A DNA stretch of 64,000 bases from Lama guanicoe (taxonomy: Eukaryota), in contig MU057357.1 of NCBI GenBank assembly GCA_013239625.1, positions 40,132,128 to 40,196,127 of the forward strand, given 5' to 3'. The notes beneath the pieces are model-generated. The model did no database searches, was not told the origin of the DNA, and was given only the letters and a program-made list of their open reading frames with translations. Every line of letters starts with the position of its first letter. Position 1 is the stretch's first letter. Below, one piece after another: positions 12,320 to 23,809 of the stretch. Position numbers and translations under genes: made by a program.

Positions 12320-12940
12320 GATGAACACTTACCATGTGCAGGCATCACCCTAGGCACTCAGCATATGTGACGTCATTTAACCACTACCTGGGCCCTGTGA
12401 GCCAGGGTTTTACAGATGACAACAGAAGCACAGGGAGATTGAGGAACCTGTCCACAGTGACATGGAGAGCTGAGTGGTAGATACTGCAGTGCTTCTATGT
12501 CCGTGCTTCCCCAACTTGAACATGCATGTGAATTACCTGAGGACTTTGCTAGCCTGCAGGTCTACACTCAGTAGGTCTGGGGTTGGCCCCAAACCTTCCA
12601 TTGCTCACCAGCTCCCACGTGATGCCAAAGCGGCTGACCCATGGGGCACATTTTGAGTAGAAAGGCTTTCTGCTACCCTGCTTCTTGGTAGTTCAGCTGC
12701 CTTTTTACTCTCAATGAAGCTTTTCTAAATGGCTCAGTCTGTCAGTAATAACTTTAGCTAATTTCTGTTGAGTGCTTACTCTGTATCAGGCCCTGTATTA
12801 AGAGCTTCCTGCGGATTAGCTAATTGTTTAAATGAAGTAGGATACAATTAGTGTCCCATTTTACACTTGAGGAAACTGAGGTGTGCAGAATTTAAAGAAC
12901 TTGCTCAAGGTCACAAAGCCAGCAAGTGGCAGTGCTGGTC
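12320..12940. mobile_element. MIR / MER5-type (hAT-Charlie, ~12487-12665) / MIR cluster
   Basis: MIR cores ttttacagatgac and cccattttacacttgaggaaactgagg; MER5-like tcagtaggtctggggttggccc...cacattttgagtag. Confidence 0.65.
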
Positions 12941-13599
12941 CCATTTGTTCTTGCAGCGTGCCTAGGAAGCAGGGAAGGGGAGCTTTGCTGGCCCTTTCTA
13001 TATGTGGAGAATACAAAGGTGAAGAGATTGTTCAATGTTTTAAAGCAAGGCCTGGGATCCATCTGGTTCTTATAACACAAAATCCAATGCATTTTCCCTC
13101 TCCCCCACCCGAACCATGAGCAAACAATTCCAGTAAGAGATTCTTCCTTCAGACAGATCTGAGGGAGTCCTTAACCAATCCATCATCATCCCCCAGGGAC
13201 TTGAACGAACTTTCCTAGCTCAGCTGTCTCCCATTTCAAAGTCCATTATGCTGGTTAGAATCCCTGGAGGTCTGCAGCATCTCAGGGAAGTAATCAGAAG
13301 CCTCCAGGACTCCTGGAAAGGCCCTCCCGTTGCAGACCAGAGGGCATCTTTCCAGGGTTACTTATCTCTAGGTTTAATCAGCGGTGCCAGGTGTGTCAGG
13401 CCCAAGACCTGATGTGAACTTTCAGTGACTTGGTGCAAAACTCACAGGTCGTGGTTGTTTTCCCTCTGGGCCCATCATGCCTCAGCCCTGCTCCCCTCTC
13501 CTTTCAGTATTGTGCCCCTCCCATCTTTATTACGCCCTCTCCTCTTTTCCAACTTGCTTTCCATGAAAGGATCCTTTGCATTCTAAACTGATGACTGAT

Positions 13600-14040
13600 A
13601 ATGTTTTAACAATTTATCAGTTTTGCCAGGTGCTGGGAGTGGGAATGGAGGATTTAGAGATTCAAAAGATTTCTGCCCTAGGGGAGGTTACAGCTTAGTA
13701 GGGTAACAGATACAGGAAGAATTTCAGTAGAAAGAAGTAACTTCTCAGATGTAGGCACCTCAAAGGCACCATGGGAGCCCAGAGACCTTACCAGAGGAGA
13801 TGCTATCACAGGTGAATTCTGAAGATGGGGCAGCCAGTGGGAAGGCATTCCAAGCACCGGGAAGAGCATGAGCTAAAGCACAGAGGCATGAAATAGCTCA
13901 GACATGCGGGAGCAGTTCTATACTCGGGGGCATAATACGTAAAGCAACGAGTGGCCAAGGACAAGACTGGAGAATAAAGTAGAAGGAATGTCAAGAAAGT
14001 TCCCAAATGCCACATCAAGGAGCTTGGACTTGCTTCTCCA
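13600..14040 (-). mobile_element. L2 LINE fragment
   Basis: Purine-rich L2-like sequence (gccaggtgctggg..., gaaggcattccaagcaccgggaagagcatg, aaggagcttggactt). Confidence 0.65.
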
Positions 14041-15208
14041 GATAGTGGTTCTCAAATCACACCTCGGGGTCCATTTTGGAAGCCAAACATGGACAGCCGT
14101 CTGAGCTCCCACCCTGCAGGCCCCTGCTCTTCCACCCAGGCAGCTCTGCTTGGTTGGCTTTCCGTATTTGGTGTTCTGCAGAATCTTGTGTGATATAAGA
14201 GTTCTACGGTCAAAAGACAAGGGCCGCCACTGCTGTACCTGACGGGCCACCATCTCAGAGGAACTCAAGGCTTCGGGGATTAGGGAGAGGCTGCATTTGG
14301 GGTCTTCTCTGGTTGACGTATGGCCCAGAAGTACTCTCTCTCTCTCCAGGCCAGAAAGTGGCCATTTCATTTCCTAATTCGAGCTGCTTCCTTCTTCCCA
14401 CGCAGCTGAGCCACCTCACCCCTCCCCAAACCGGCCCCTCCGAGGAAGTCCAGCCCACAGGGACTTAGGACTCCAGTGACCCTTGATACGAAGCTCTACA
14501 GGTTTGACGGGCCCCTCGGTGCTGCCAGCACTGACCTTGCTGATGAAATCTATCCATTTTAAAGCGTTGCTGGACCTCCCCAGGCTCACCAAGACTTACC
14601 TCCTGGATTAGCAGCCCGCTTAAGTCAGACTCATCTTCCCCTCCTGCCAGAGGACCTGGCCCTTCCAGGGCACCACGCCTGCCTCCTGGGTCTGCCTGTC
14701 ACTTGGTCAGGTCATGAATATTCCGGTTCTTCTCTACTCTCCAGAAGCCAAGTCCCTCAGCCCGTAAACATGGCTGCTGCTCTGCAGAAGCCCTCACTGC
14801 AGGCCGCCCGCCCACCAGGCTGGTGCCGCCCCCGCCCCAGGAGGGCCGCCTCAGTAATTCAGCCTCCAGCACTGCCTACCAAAGAGTGCTCAAGCCCCGC
14901 CTCCCGCCAGAGACCCACTGAGCCACTTAAAGCCATTAGAGAGCAACAAATATTTTGCATATGCATAGTATCAGTAAAAATGTTTGAGGATACAACACCC
15001 CCTCATAAATGGATCATGATTTACTTACAGATTATAATTACATATGCCTGTAATAATCCATTATCATACACAAAATATAAATGAAAGCAAATCAGAGAGA
15101 AATAGTACCTTTTAAATGTTTTATATATTAATGGCACCAAAATTTTTGCTCTCACTTAAAAATGCAATGAATATATTTTCTAAGAGGACTGTAATTGAAT
15201 ACGCTTCA

Positions 15209-15595
15209 TTTAAAAAAAATTAATAGACTATTTTGAGGGGCAGTTTAAGGTTTACAGAAAAATTAAGCAGAAAGTACAAAGAGTTCCAATATATCCGCTC
15301 AAAACCTTCCCTTCCCCAGTGCCCCCGATTAGTAAGAGCTCATATGAGTGTGGTACTTTTGTTATAAAATGATGGGCCAATATTGATACCTTATTATTAA
15401 CTAAAGTCCATAGTTCACATGGACTCTTTGTACATTCTACGGACTTTGATAAATGTCTAAGGACATGAATCCACCATTACAGTATCATACACAGTAATTT
15501 TATGGCCCTAGAGTCTCCCTGCGCTCCACCTAGTCATCCCTCCTCCATCCCCCCACCCTGGGAAGCCATAAATCTTTTTACTGCTCTATTTTTTT
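15209..15595 (-). mobile_element. L1MC-type 3' end inserted into the Charlie fossil
   Basis: gcagtttaaggtttacagaaaaattaagcagaaagtaca...ccattacagtatcatac is a typical antisense L1MC end. Confidence 0.8.
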
Positions 15596-15599
15596 TCTT

Positions 15600-16350
15600 T
15601 TTACAACTTTGGTTTAACTCTTTGTGTCAAATTGGATTCGAAGGTCCAATTCTAGGTTCACTGCTTGCTTTTGAACCACCTGTCTGGTATAGCAGGTGAA
15701 AAGGCCTCAGGACAGTTAGTGGCTCTGGACAAGAAAGGCAGGCACTGGGCACTCTTTTAGGGAATTAGTAATTTTTTCACTCTCATTCACCTGTTCTGTG
15801 AAGGACTTTATTGAAATTCAGCTGGTAAATTTTTCTGTTCCCTTTGATCAATAATTTATTCTTGCAAGCTTATTAGAATCTGATGCATTTTATAATTTTC
15901 ACAAAGGGCGTAGATGCCCTCCTCCTTCTAAAATACTTTGACTGGAAGATTTTTAAACAGATCCAAAACTCTTCTCCAAGTTTCTAAAGTAAATAGATAG
16001 AAGGGTTTTTAGAGATAATAAACTTGGTTAAAAAAAACACAGGATGACTAAAATACTTCTAAACACCTATTTTCAAAAATACTCTTTCTAGAGTACAAAT
16101 TTCTTTCAAAGACCGTTTCTTTCACACCATTAAAATGTCACTTCACGTTAAAGGGCTAGATTAAAAGAACTTATTGTTTCTAAACAATTGAATAGGCAGC
16201 ACACTGCTAACAGCCATTTATCATCATAGAAAAGAGCAAATTTAGAACACTTACCTTTTTGAAAAAGGAAAGTATATACGTTTGAAGTTTTAACAAGTTT
16301 CAAGTTTAGTAACATCTTTAAATACTTTAACATAGATAATAAATTTTTGG
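15600..16350 (-). pseudogene. Fossil hAT-Charlie (Buster/ZBED5-like) transposase, C-terminal part
   Basis: Collinear minus-strand peptide remnants FLFQKGKCSKFALFYDDKWLLAVCCLFNCLETISSFNLAL, PFVK, LISLQE, NLPAEFQ, LPF and NLELDLRI resemble the hAT catalytic and hATC dimerisation regions. Many stops and frameshifts. The element probably also includes ~14930-15208. Confidence 0.75.
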
Positions 16351-17054
16351 AAATTACAGCTTTTCAGAGTCAATCCCATCTCATAGATTCTGTTTACTAA
16401 TTTTCGTACTGCTTTTTTTTGATATGTTTTATATTTTTATATGTATTTAACTTTTGTGATTTTAAAAACCCTACTGCAGAAGGTTGAGTTCATCACTCTC
16501 CTGGGTCTCTGACATATGGGGTCCCTGACATATTCTCATTCTTCAAAATACTCTCGGGATATTTTAGCAAGTGCCCTCCTCACCTTTCAGAGGATTGCCT
16601 TCCAGATCAGTCATATTTTAACAGCATCTTCAATAAAGCATTTTTTAAAAATATCGATCTGCTTCAACAAGTAAATTCAGCCTTCCCTGCCCTCTTTGAG
16701 CATCCTCCACTTCCACAGGTGTAAAGCATAGAACAACTGTTCCAGCCCACCCCGGCTTCCCTGGGGATGGCCTGTGAGTGCTGAGACTGGGAAGAAAAAG
16801 CCCCACCCTGGAGTCCTGGAGCTCACCCCATTTCCCAGTTATGGTATTAGGGTTCGGTTCCACTTCTCCCTGGTCCTCCAGCGGCACTACCTTATTTCAC
16901 TGAAGTTAGGTGCCTAGATCCTTGTTATGGGAGAACAATGTTTGGAAAACCTTTTGCCTTTGGAAGCCCTTAAAGTCTCAGCAGGCACCTGCCCTGGTAC
17001 CTGACCAACGAAGCAAGGTTTAATGATTCATCAGAGCCGTCAGAACAAATGCCT

Positions 17055-17648
17055 TTCTTTTTTTCTCATTGAAGTATAGTTGATTTACAATGTGTTAGTT
17101 CCTAGCGTACAGTATAGTGATTCAGTCACATATGTATATGAATATACATACTCTTTTTCATCAAAGGTTATTACAGGATATTGAGTATAGTTCCTTGTGC
17201 TATACCACAGGACTTTGTTATTTATCTATTTTATATACAGTATTACATGTCTGTTAATCCCAAACTCCTAATTTATCCCTCCTCTCCTCCCCTTTGGTAA
17301 CCATAAGTTTGTTTTCTATGTCTGTGAGTCTGTTTCTGTTTTGTAAATAAGTTCATTTGTCTCATTTTTTAGATTCTATATATAAGTGATGTCATATGAT
17401 ATTTGATATTTGTCTTTCTCTGTCTGACTTATTTCACTTAGTATGATAATCTCTAGGTCTATCTATGTTGCTGCCAGTGGCATTATTTCATGCTTTTTAA
17501 TGGCTGAGTAGTATGCCTTTGTATAGATATATATACCACATCTTCTTTATCCAGTCATCTGTTGGTGGCCATTTAGGTTGCTCCCATGTCTTGGCTATTG
17601 TAAATAGTGCTGATGTGTACATTGGGGTGCATGTATCTTTTCAAATTG
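17055..17648 (-). mobile_element. L1 3' end (cetartiodactyl-type)
   Basis: attgaagtatagttgatttacaatgtgttag...ggggtgcatgtatcttttcaaatt. Confidence 0.9.
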
Positions 17649-17989
17649 GAGGGGGAAAAAATATCTTTCATGTCATTAAGTCCATTCCCCACATAAGTAA
17701 ACCTTACAGCCCAAGTGAGCTTCCTGAGACACTTACTCAGGAGGGACCTGCCCGCCAGCTATGAGTTTAAATCCTTGTACCCTCCTCATTGGTCCCAATG
17801 GAAGTTTCTGTAGGGGGACCAGAAACCAGCAGTTGGATCAAACTCCTCTGGAATTGTGCTCCCGCCACCACCCCTCCCTGACCCCTAGGCTGGGAACTCA
17901 GGATTAGCTGCCTTTCAGTTCTTCTTTTATGTGAAGAGACCACGGTGTCAGGTCCCTGGGAAACATCCTGTTAGTGGACAGCTGTGCCT

Positions 17990-18390
17990 GCCTGTGCTGG
18001 CTATTTTCCATTTGCCCCTCCGGCCCTGGGGGGCTGACCTGTGTGGGTTTCCTTGTCCTCTGGCTCAGACTGGGCTCACATGCTAGTGACATTGGCAAGA
18101 GACGAGTAAATTCAGGGTATTTTTTCCTCCAGTCTCACCCTGGAGTCACCATGGCTTGGCGCCATTCTTCTTTTGAAGGTTACAGCTCTTACCAGCAGCC
18201 TTCTCCTGGAGCTGAAACCACCCTCTGCCACTCTGTCCCCTCTAGGTTCCCTGCTTTCCTGCCCTGGAGCATGGCGCCGGCCCCGTTCCTTTTCCTAAGC
18301 ACCTTTGTAAACAATTCCTTTATTAAGCTTTCCAAAGTTATCTCATATGAGAAGATTTCTGATTCCTCATGGGAACTGCCCACTATACTG
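17990..18390 (+). mobile_element. ERVL LTR remnant (LTR33-like)
   Basis: 3' end cctttgtaaacaattcctttattaagcttt...tgattcctcatgggaactgcccactatac resembles an ERVL U5. 5' boundary is uncertain. Confidence 0.5.
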
Positions 18391-18597
18391 TCCAAACAGC
18401 AGCTTTGGTGTAAATGCCACTTTTTGGTTCTTGATGTGATGCTGAGTCAAATAGGAAAATGAGTGTGAGTAATCATGATGATGATGACGACAGTAATAAT
18501 AATTAACTTCTCTTGAGTGCTTACTAAGATTCAGACACCATGTGTATTCTTTTACAAGCATTAACTCATTTGAACCCCACAACACTTTCATGAGGAG

Positions 18598-19113
18598 AGT
18601 GGTCAGTAGCCTCTAAGATGACTCCAATGACCCCTGCCTACTGATAATTCAAATCCTGGTATTACACCTTCACCCTAAGTGTAGGCTGGATTTAGTGACT
18701 TGCTTCTACTGACCAGAATATGGCAGAGCAATGGGATGTCACCTTCAAGATTAGGTCAAGAAAAGACTGTGGCTTCCATCTTGGGTGCTGCCTGTTGCTC
18801 ACTCACTGAGGGAAAACCATTGCTATGGTGTGGGCTGTCCTGTAGAGACGCTCATGTGGCAATGAACTGTTATCTTTAGCCAATAGCCAGTAAGTGAACT
18901 CGAAATTGAATCCTCCTCCAATCAAGCCTTAACATGACTGCAGCCCTGGCTGGCACTTTGCCTGCAACCTTGTGAGAGACCCAACGCCCAAAACACCCAG
19001 CTAAGCTTTACCCAGATTCCTAACCCATAGAAATGATGAGATAATAAATATGTGTTGTTTTAAGTCATTAAGTTTTGAAGTAATTTGTTACACAGCCACT
19101 GATAACTAATACA
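18598..19113 (+). mobile_element. MaLR solo LTR (MLT1F-like) inserted in a MIR (18490-19240)
   Basis: gtggtcagtagcctctaagatg...gataactaataca; near-TSD aggag/aagag; MIR halves lie on both sides. Confidence 0.85.
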
Positions 19114-19299
19114 AAGAGGTGCCATTATTTCCTTCACTTTAGAGACACAGAAACTAAGGCTGAGCCGCTTGCCCCAAGTCTTGCAGTTAGGAAATAAAAG
19201 AGCCGAGACAAATTGATGGAGAGGCCATGCCCTTAAATATTACTCTTATGGTCTCCTGATGAAAGTCTATGAAGGGAATTGAATTGTTCATAAGGATTA

Positions 19300-20530
19300 G
19301 CTATTTCCGTTTCTTGTGTACTGTCATTGGAAGTATAAATTGATACTCACATTTTGGAGAGCAATTTGGCAGTAACTATCAAAAGATGCAAACACTTCCA
19401 CTCTGCAATTCCACTTCTAGGATACTAACTTACTAGGATGTACAAAGGTGCATGAGTATTTAAGAGCACAAATATGTATTGTGTATTCTTTAAAGGGAAA
19501 TAACTGGAAGTAACATAAATGTCCACTAATAGGGGATTTGGTTGAATTATGATACATCATATAGTGAAAGACTATGTAGTTATTAAAAAGAATGAAGCAG
19601 ATTTATATTTAGGGAAATGGGAAGATAAACCTAGACGTCTTTAGTAAGTGGTATTCTAGGATGGACCCAAGATTTCTACCCCTGGGTGTACACATACTTT
19701 TTTTCTAAGTTGTTCAGTTAGGCATTGATGTAGACACTGCTATAAAGGGATTTTGTAGATGTAATTAAAGCCCCAAATGAGTTGAGTTTAAGATAGATTA
19801 TGCTCGATGGCCCTAATGTAATCAGCTGAGCTTTTAAAAAGGGCTGAGCCTTTCCTGACAAGAGACACTGGAAGTGTGAGAGGGATTCAGTGTGAGACGA
19901 TTTCTCCATTGGTGGCTTTGAAGATGGAGGAGGCTACATAGCGAGGAATGCAGGTGGCCTCTAGGAGCTGAGAGCAGCCCCTTGGTGACAGCCAGCACCG
20001 AAATGGGTACCCCTGTCCTACTATCAAAAGGAACTTAATTATGCTCATAATGACCTGAATGAGCTTAGAAGTGGATTTTCCACAAAACCTGCAGAGAAGT
20101 ACTCAGCCTGGCTAAAACCTTGATTTCAGCCTGTGATGCCTTAAACAGGGCACCCAAACATGCCATGTCCAGACCTCTGACCTACAGAACCATGAACTAA
20201 TAAATGGATGTTGTTTTAAGCTGCTAAATTTATGGTAGTTTGTTACATAGCAACAGAAAACCAATGCAACAGATTATTTAGTAGGGGAAAAAAGGCAAAT
20301 TAAAGAAGAAAATGCATAGTATGGTCCCATTTATTTGGCTTTCATAAATATTTGTTGATTTTAAAAAAAGGACAAAGATATTTAGGGAAAAACATGGAGA
20401 AGACTATATATCCTACTTTTACAGTGGCTATCACTGGAGAATGGGATTGCAGGAGTCTTTAGCCTTCTCTACCTATGCTTATGGAATACCAGGATTGTTT
20501 AGAATGAGAATATATATTTTAATAAGGAAA
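19300..20530 (+). mobile_element. Old L1ME-type 3' fragment interrupted by an MLT1D/E LTR (~19648-20268)
   Basis: L1: ttggagagcaatttggcagta, gcaattccacttctagga. LTR: ggctttgaagatggagg...gttgttttaagctgctaaatttatggtagtttgttacatagcaacagaaaaccaatgca. Confidence 0.8.
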
Positions 20531-21029
20531 GAAGATGATAAAGATTGCCAACATTTAATAAATTTGATAGCCCAGACTAAGATTTAAATGCATCATATTT
20601 TACATTTACTACTATCTAAAGGGTTTTTTTGAATCAGGTGTGGTACAAATAAAGAAAATATTCGGCTCTCAAGAACTTAGTCTTTTCAGTTCTGGAGACG
20701 GGTAAACCCATTATATATGGGTGCAAAGCAACCAACCAGACTCTTTTCTCCGCACATACACCCTGATTCTCGGTGGCTTTCTCTGACCTAGCCTGCTACT
20801 CTTGTCCCACATAGCATTCCATGTTCTCCCTGCATTAAGTCAGAAGGGAGAACCCAAATTGCTTGTTACTATAGAGCCTTTAACCTGATCTACCTGAACC
20901 CCAACAGTTCTCTTCAAAGATAAATATATTTTCTTCTTTTGTTATTTGGCACCAAGGAAGCTGGTTGCTAGTCAATTCAGGCCATTCACATCAGTAGACG
21001 CTCAGAGGTGGAGCAAATACAAGAAATAA

Positions 21030-22440
21030 GGTCAAGAGATGGTATGCATAGTAGTCAGACTACGGGTATTAATATTAAAATAATCTGGATTCTGATGTTT
21101 ACAAGCTGAGTGATCTTGGGCAGGTCACCTAGGCTCTTCAAGTCACAGTTTCCTCGTCTCTAAAATGGGAACAAATATCTATTTCACCAATTTGCATATG
21201 AGATACTATATGTAAAAGGACCTAGCCTAGTGCTTGGCACACAAGTATCCAGTGGTAATGAGTATCAAGAATGTACTAGGTGCTGGGAATACTGTGGTGA
21301 ATTATTTCCCTTCACATGGGGGGCAGTGAGGAGATAGGCATTTAAGTAATTGCAATAAGGAAGTAATTGGTATTAGAGGGGAAGTTCTAAGGCACCTTAG
21401 GGCTAGTTTAGAGGTTAGAGTGAGTCCCAAAATGGTAACTATGAAATGGAAAACACGTATATGTAATTAATAATGTTGTGCTCTGACAAATTTGTCTTAA
21501 TTTTGCCAATCTCAGTGTCCTTCTCCCTCCCTTCCTTCTCCTTTCCCAAGATCATTATATTTCTAGTCTAGCTTCGACTTCAAGCAGCATTCAGGAAGCC
21601 ATTTTTTCTTAATTCACTCAAATCAAAGTGTCCATGACTGCAAAAGTTTAGTATAATACCTTTGCCTGCTACTAACTTCATTCAGTATCTTCATTTTAAG
21701 GTATAATTTGACCTCGCCTAAGGGAAGAGGGTATCTGTTGGAGAATTTTAGGTTTTGATCTTTTTTAAGTTAAAAAATTTAACTTTTTCAACTTGAAATC
21801 ACATCAAACTTACAATTAAATGGTGAAAATAGTAAAAAATATTTCCATATGCCCTTCACTGGGCTTCCCCAAATGTTAACATCTCACATAACCATAGTCC
21901 ACTTACTGAAACTAGAAAATTACCACTGATAAAATACTATTCAGGGTTTGAGCTCATTGAGAGAAGTGTTGTCTGAGGAGGGTGAGCCAGGGCACTCTGG
22001 ACAACAGATCACTGGCTTTATGGGTGATTTAAAACAGTGGACAAATCAGAACACCATTTATTTTTGGCTTCCACTGATGAGATGATGGGAGGGGACATGT
22101 ATTTTATCTTCCTAATTTTCTTTTCTGTGTGCTAATATAAAATTTACATCAATTCTTAAAAGATGTAAACTCAAGGGAGTTCTTATCCCAACCAATATTT
22201 AATCAATTCCTTAAAAGTTATCAAGACCTCTAGAGGGCTTTGGGGAATTAAAGATAAACAAAAATTCCTGTTCTACTTGTATGCCACTACTCTGCTCACT
22301 GTTAGAGGGGTTATCACATTTAATCCTTACAACACTCTTAAGAGGTAAGAGCTACTGTTATCCCTATTTGACTAAAGCAAAAATTGAGGCTTAGAAAGCT
22401 GATACAAGGCAGCTCTTGGACTTAACTTTCATGACACACT
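21030..22440. mobile_element. Cluster of MIR, L2 and L1MC fragments
   Basis: MIR (cagtttcctcgtctctaaaatggga ~21146), L2 (~21250-21420), antisense L1MC (~21765-21940), MIR (~22280-22440). Confidence 0.6.
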
Positions 22441-23683
22441 GCGATAAGTGCTACTGATTTTTTCCAAGTCTGGAATAATATACTGATATATGAAACCACT
22501 TGCCTTCATTTTATATAAAACATAACGTATGCATATCACTATAGAAATGGTTGAAAAAGAAGGCTTCCAATGATGAAATTATGATTTATAATGAATCTTT
22601 AAAAAACAGGTACATTTAGGGACAAAAGTTTGTCATTGGGAAGTTTACCCATGTTACTAAATCTCTTTCCCAGAATTATTTTATCTGTTAAGACCACATC
22701 AAGGTACAAGTGTGCTCGTGGGAACTGGAATAGGAGCAGACAGTCTGAAGTCAAGGGGGAACCACTTCCTCTGTCTAGGACATCAATTCCGAAGTGCACA
22801 TATTCCACCTTTTCTGCTTTTATTCAAGGGGATACACAGCCTTGGTATTTTAACAATATAATTAAATAGTTATTATATTGATCATAACTTGTTCTTTTCA
22901 AAGGCACACATTCTAACATCCGTGTCGTCTTAGCAAGTGTTAACTTTTCTTCAGAGCCGGGAGGTGGCAGCTTTCAGAGCTGGTCAGTAACAGCGATGGC
23001 AATGGAGTAGAGCCTCAGCTTTCTCCAAATGTTTGCTGTTGATGCTGCCGTGTTTGAGGACGTGGGTGGCTGATGATAAATCCATTCCTGCTAGTAGCAA
23101 AACTACTTGAAGAATCCCAGCCGATTGGTGGGGGGAACCGGCATCTTTCCGCAAGAAAAGCAGCTCTGCTGTGCCCACCCAGTGATCCAGTGGGCAGGGA
23201 GACAGATGTGTGTGGACCTTGGGCCTCTGTGGGTGCCACTCCATTTTAAAATTCATTTTTAAGATGAACATCAGTTAAAGGTGTCTCAAAGCTGCACCTT
23301 CTCTTCTGAGAAGAGAGGAGAAGGTGATAGGAAAAGGCTTTCCCTCTGGGCTGGGGCCCCAGCATCGGGAAGCTGGAGACCTTGCAGTCTTAGGGGAAAA
23401 GGGCCCTCGGTTGGACACCCCTTCCAGCTACCGTTCCTCGGCAAACATACGGGAGGGGGACGGAGCGACAACAGCCCCAGTATCCTTACCGTCCCACTCC
23501 TGCCACGCTCTTCGGGGGCCCAGAGGCCGTGGGGCACAGAGCCCCAGCACCCGGCAGCGCGGGCGCGGCGCACAGAGGGAAGGGCTAAGGGCCGGCGGCG
23601 GCCTCGCGGCGCGTCCACATGTGGCGGGGCCGCGGGGGAGCCGAGGGGGAGGGTTTACATCCCAGCGAAGTTCCCGGATGGTC

Positions 23684-23809
23684 GCAGCCTCCCGGCGCTG
23701 AATGCTTTTCCTGCCCGACCGGCTCAGCCCTACGGACAGGGGAGAAGTTTCCCAGAAAAAAATGCCCGGCGCGCCGCGGGGCCCTGGAGCTGCCCGGAGC
23801 CACTGCGCG
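23684..23809 (+). other. WIPF1: Non-coding first exon (5'UTR), probably the WIPF1 distal-promoter transcript
   Basis: Strong donor GCG|GTAAGG at 23809/23810 inside the island. gcagcctcccggcgctga..gcttttcctgccc..ccggctcagccct..ggagaagtttcccagaaaaaaatgccc...ctgcgcg matches the human WIPF1 5'UTR as I recall it. The TSS is approximate and the gene identity needs BLAST. Confidence 0.65.
23749..23757 (+). promoter_or_regulatory. STAT (GAS) consensus TTCCCAGAA
   Basis: Exact TTCN3GAA; a near-match TTCCCGGAT lies at 23671-23679. Confidence 0.45.

Noticed and set aside
1-23500. CHRNA1 coding exons expected from human synteny
   Set aside because: No nicotinic receptor-like peptide appears in the ORF track; the gene presumably lies outside the window.
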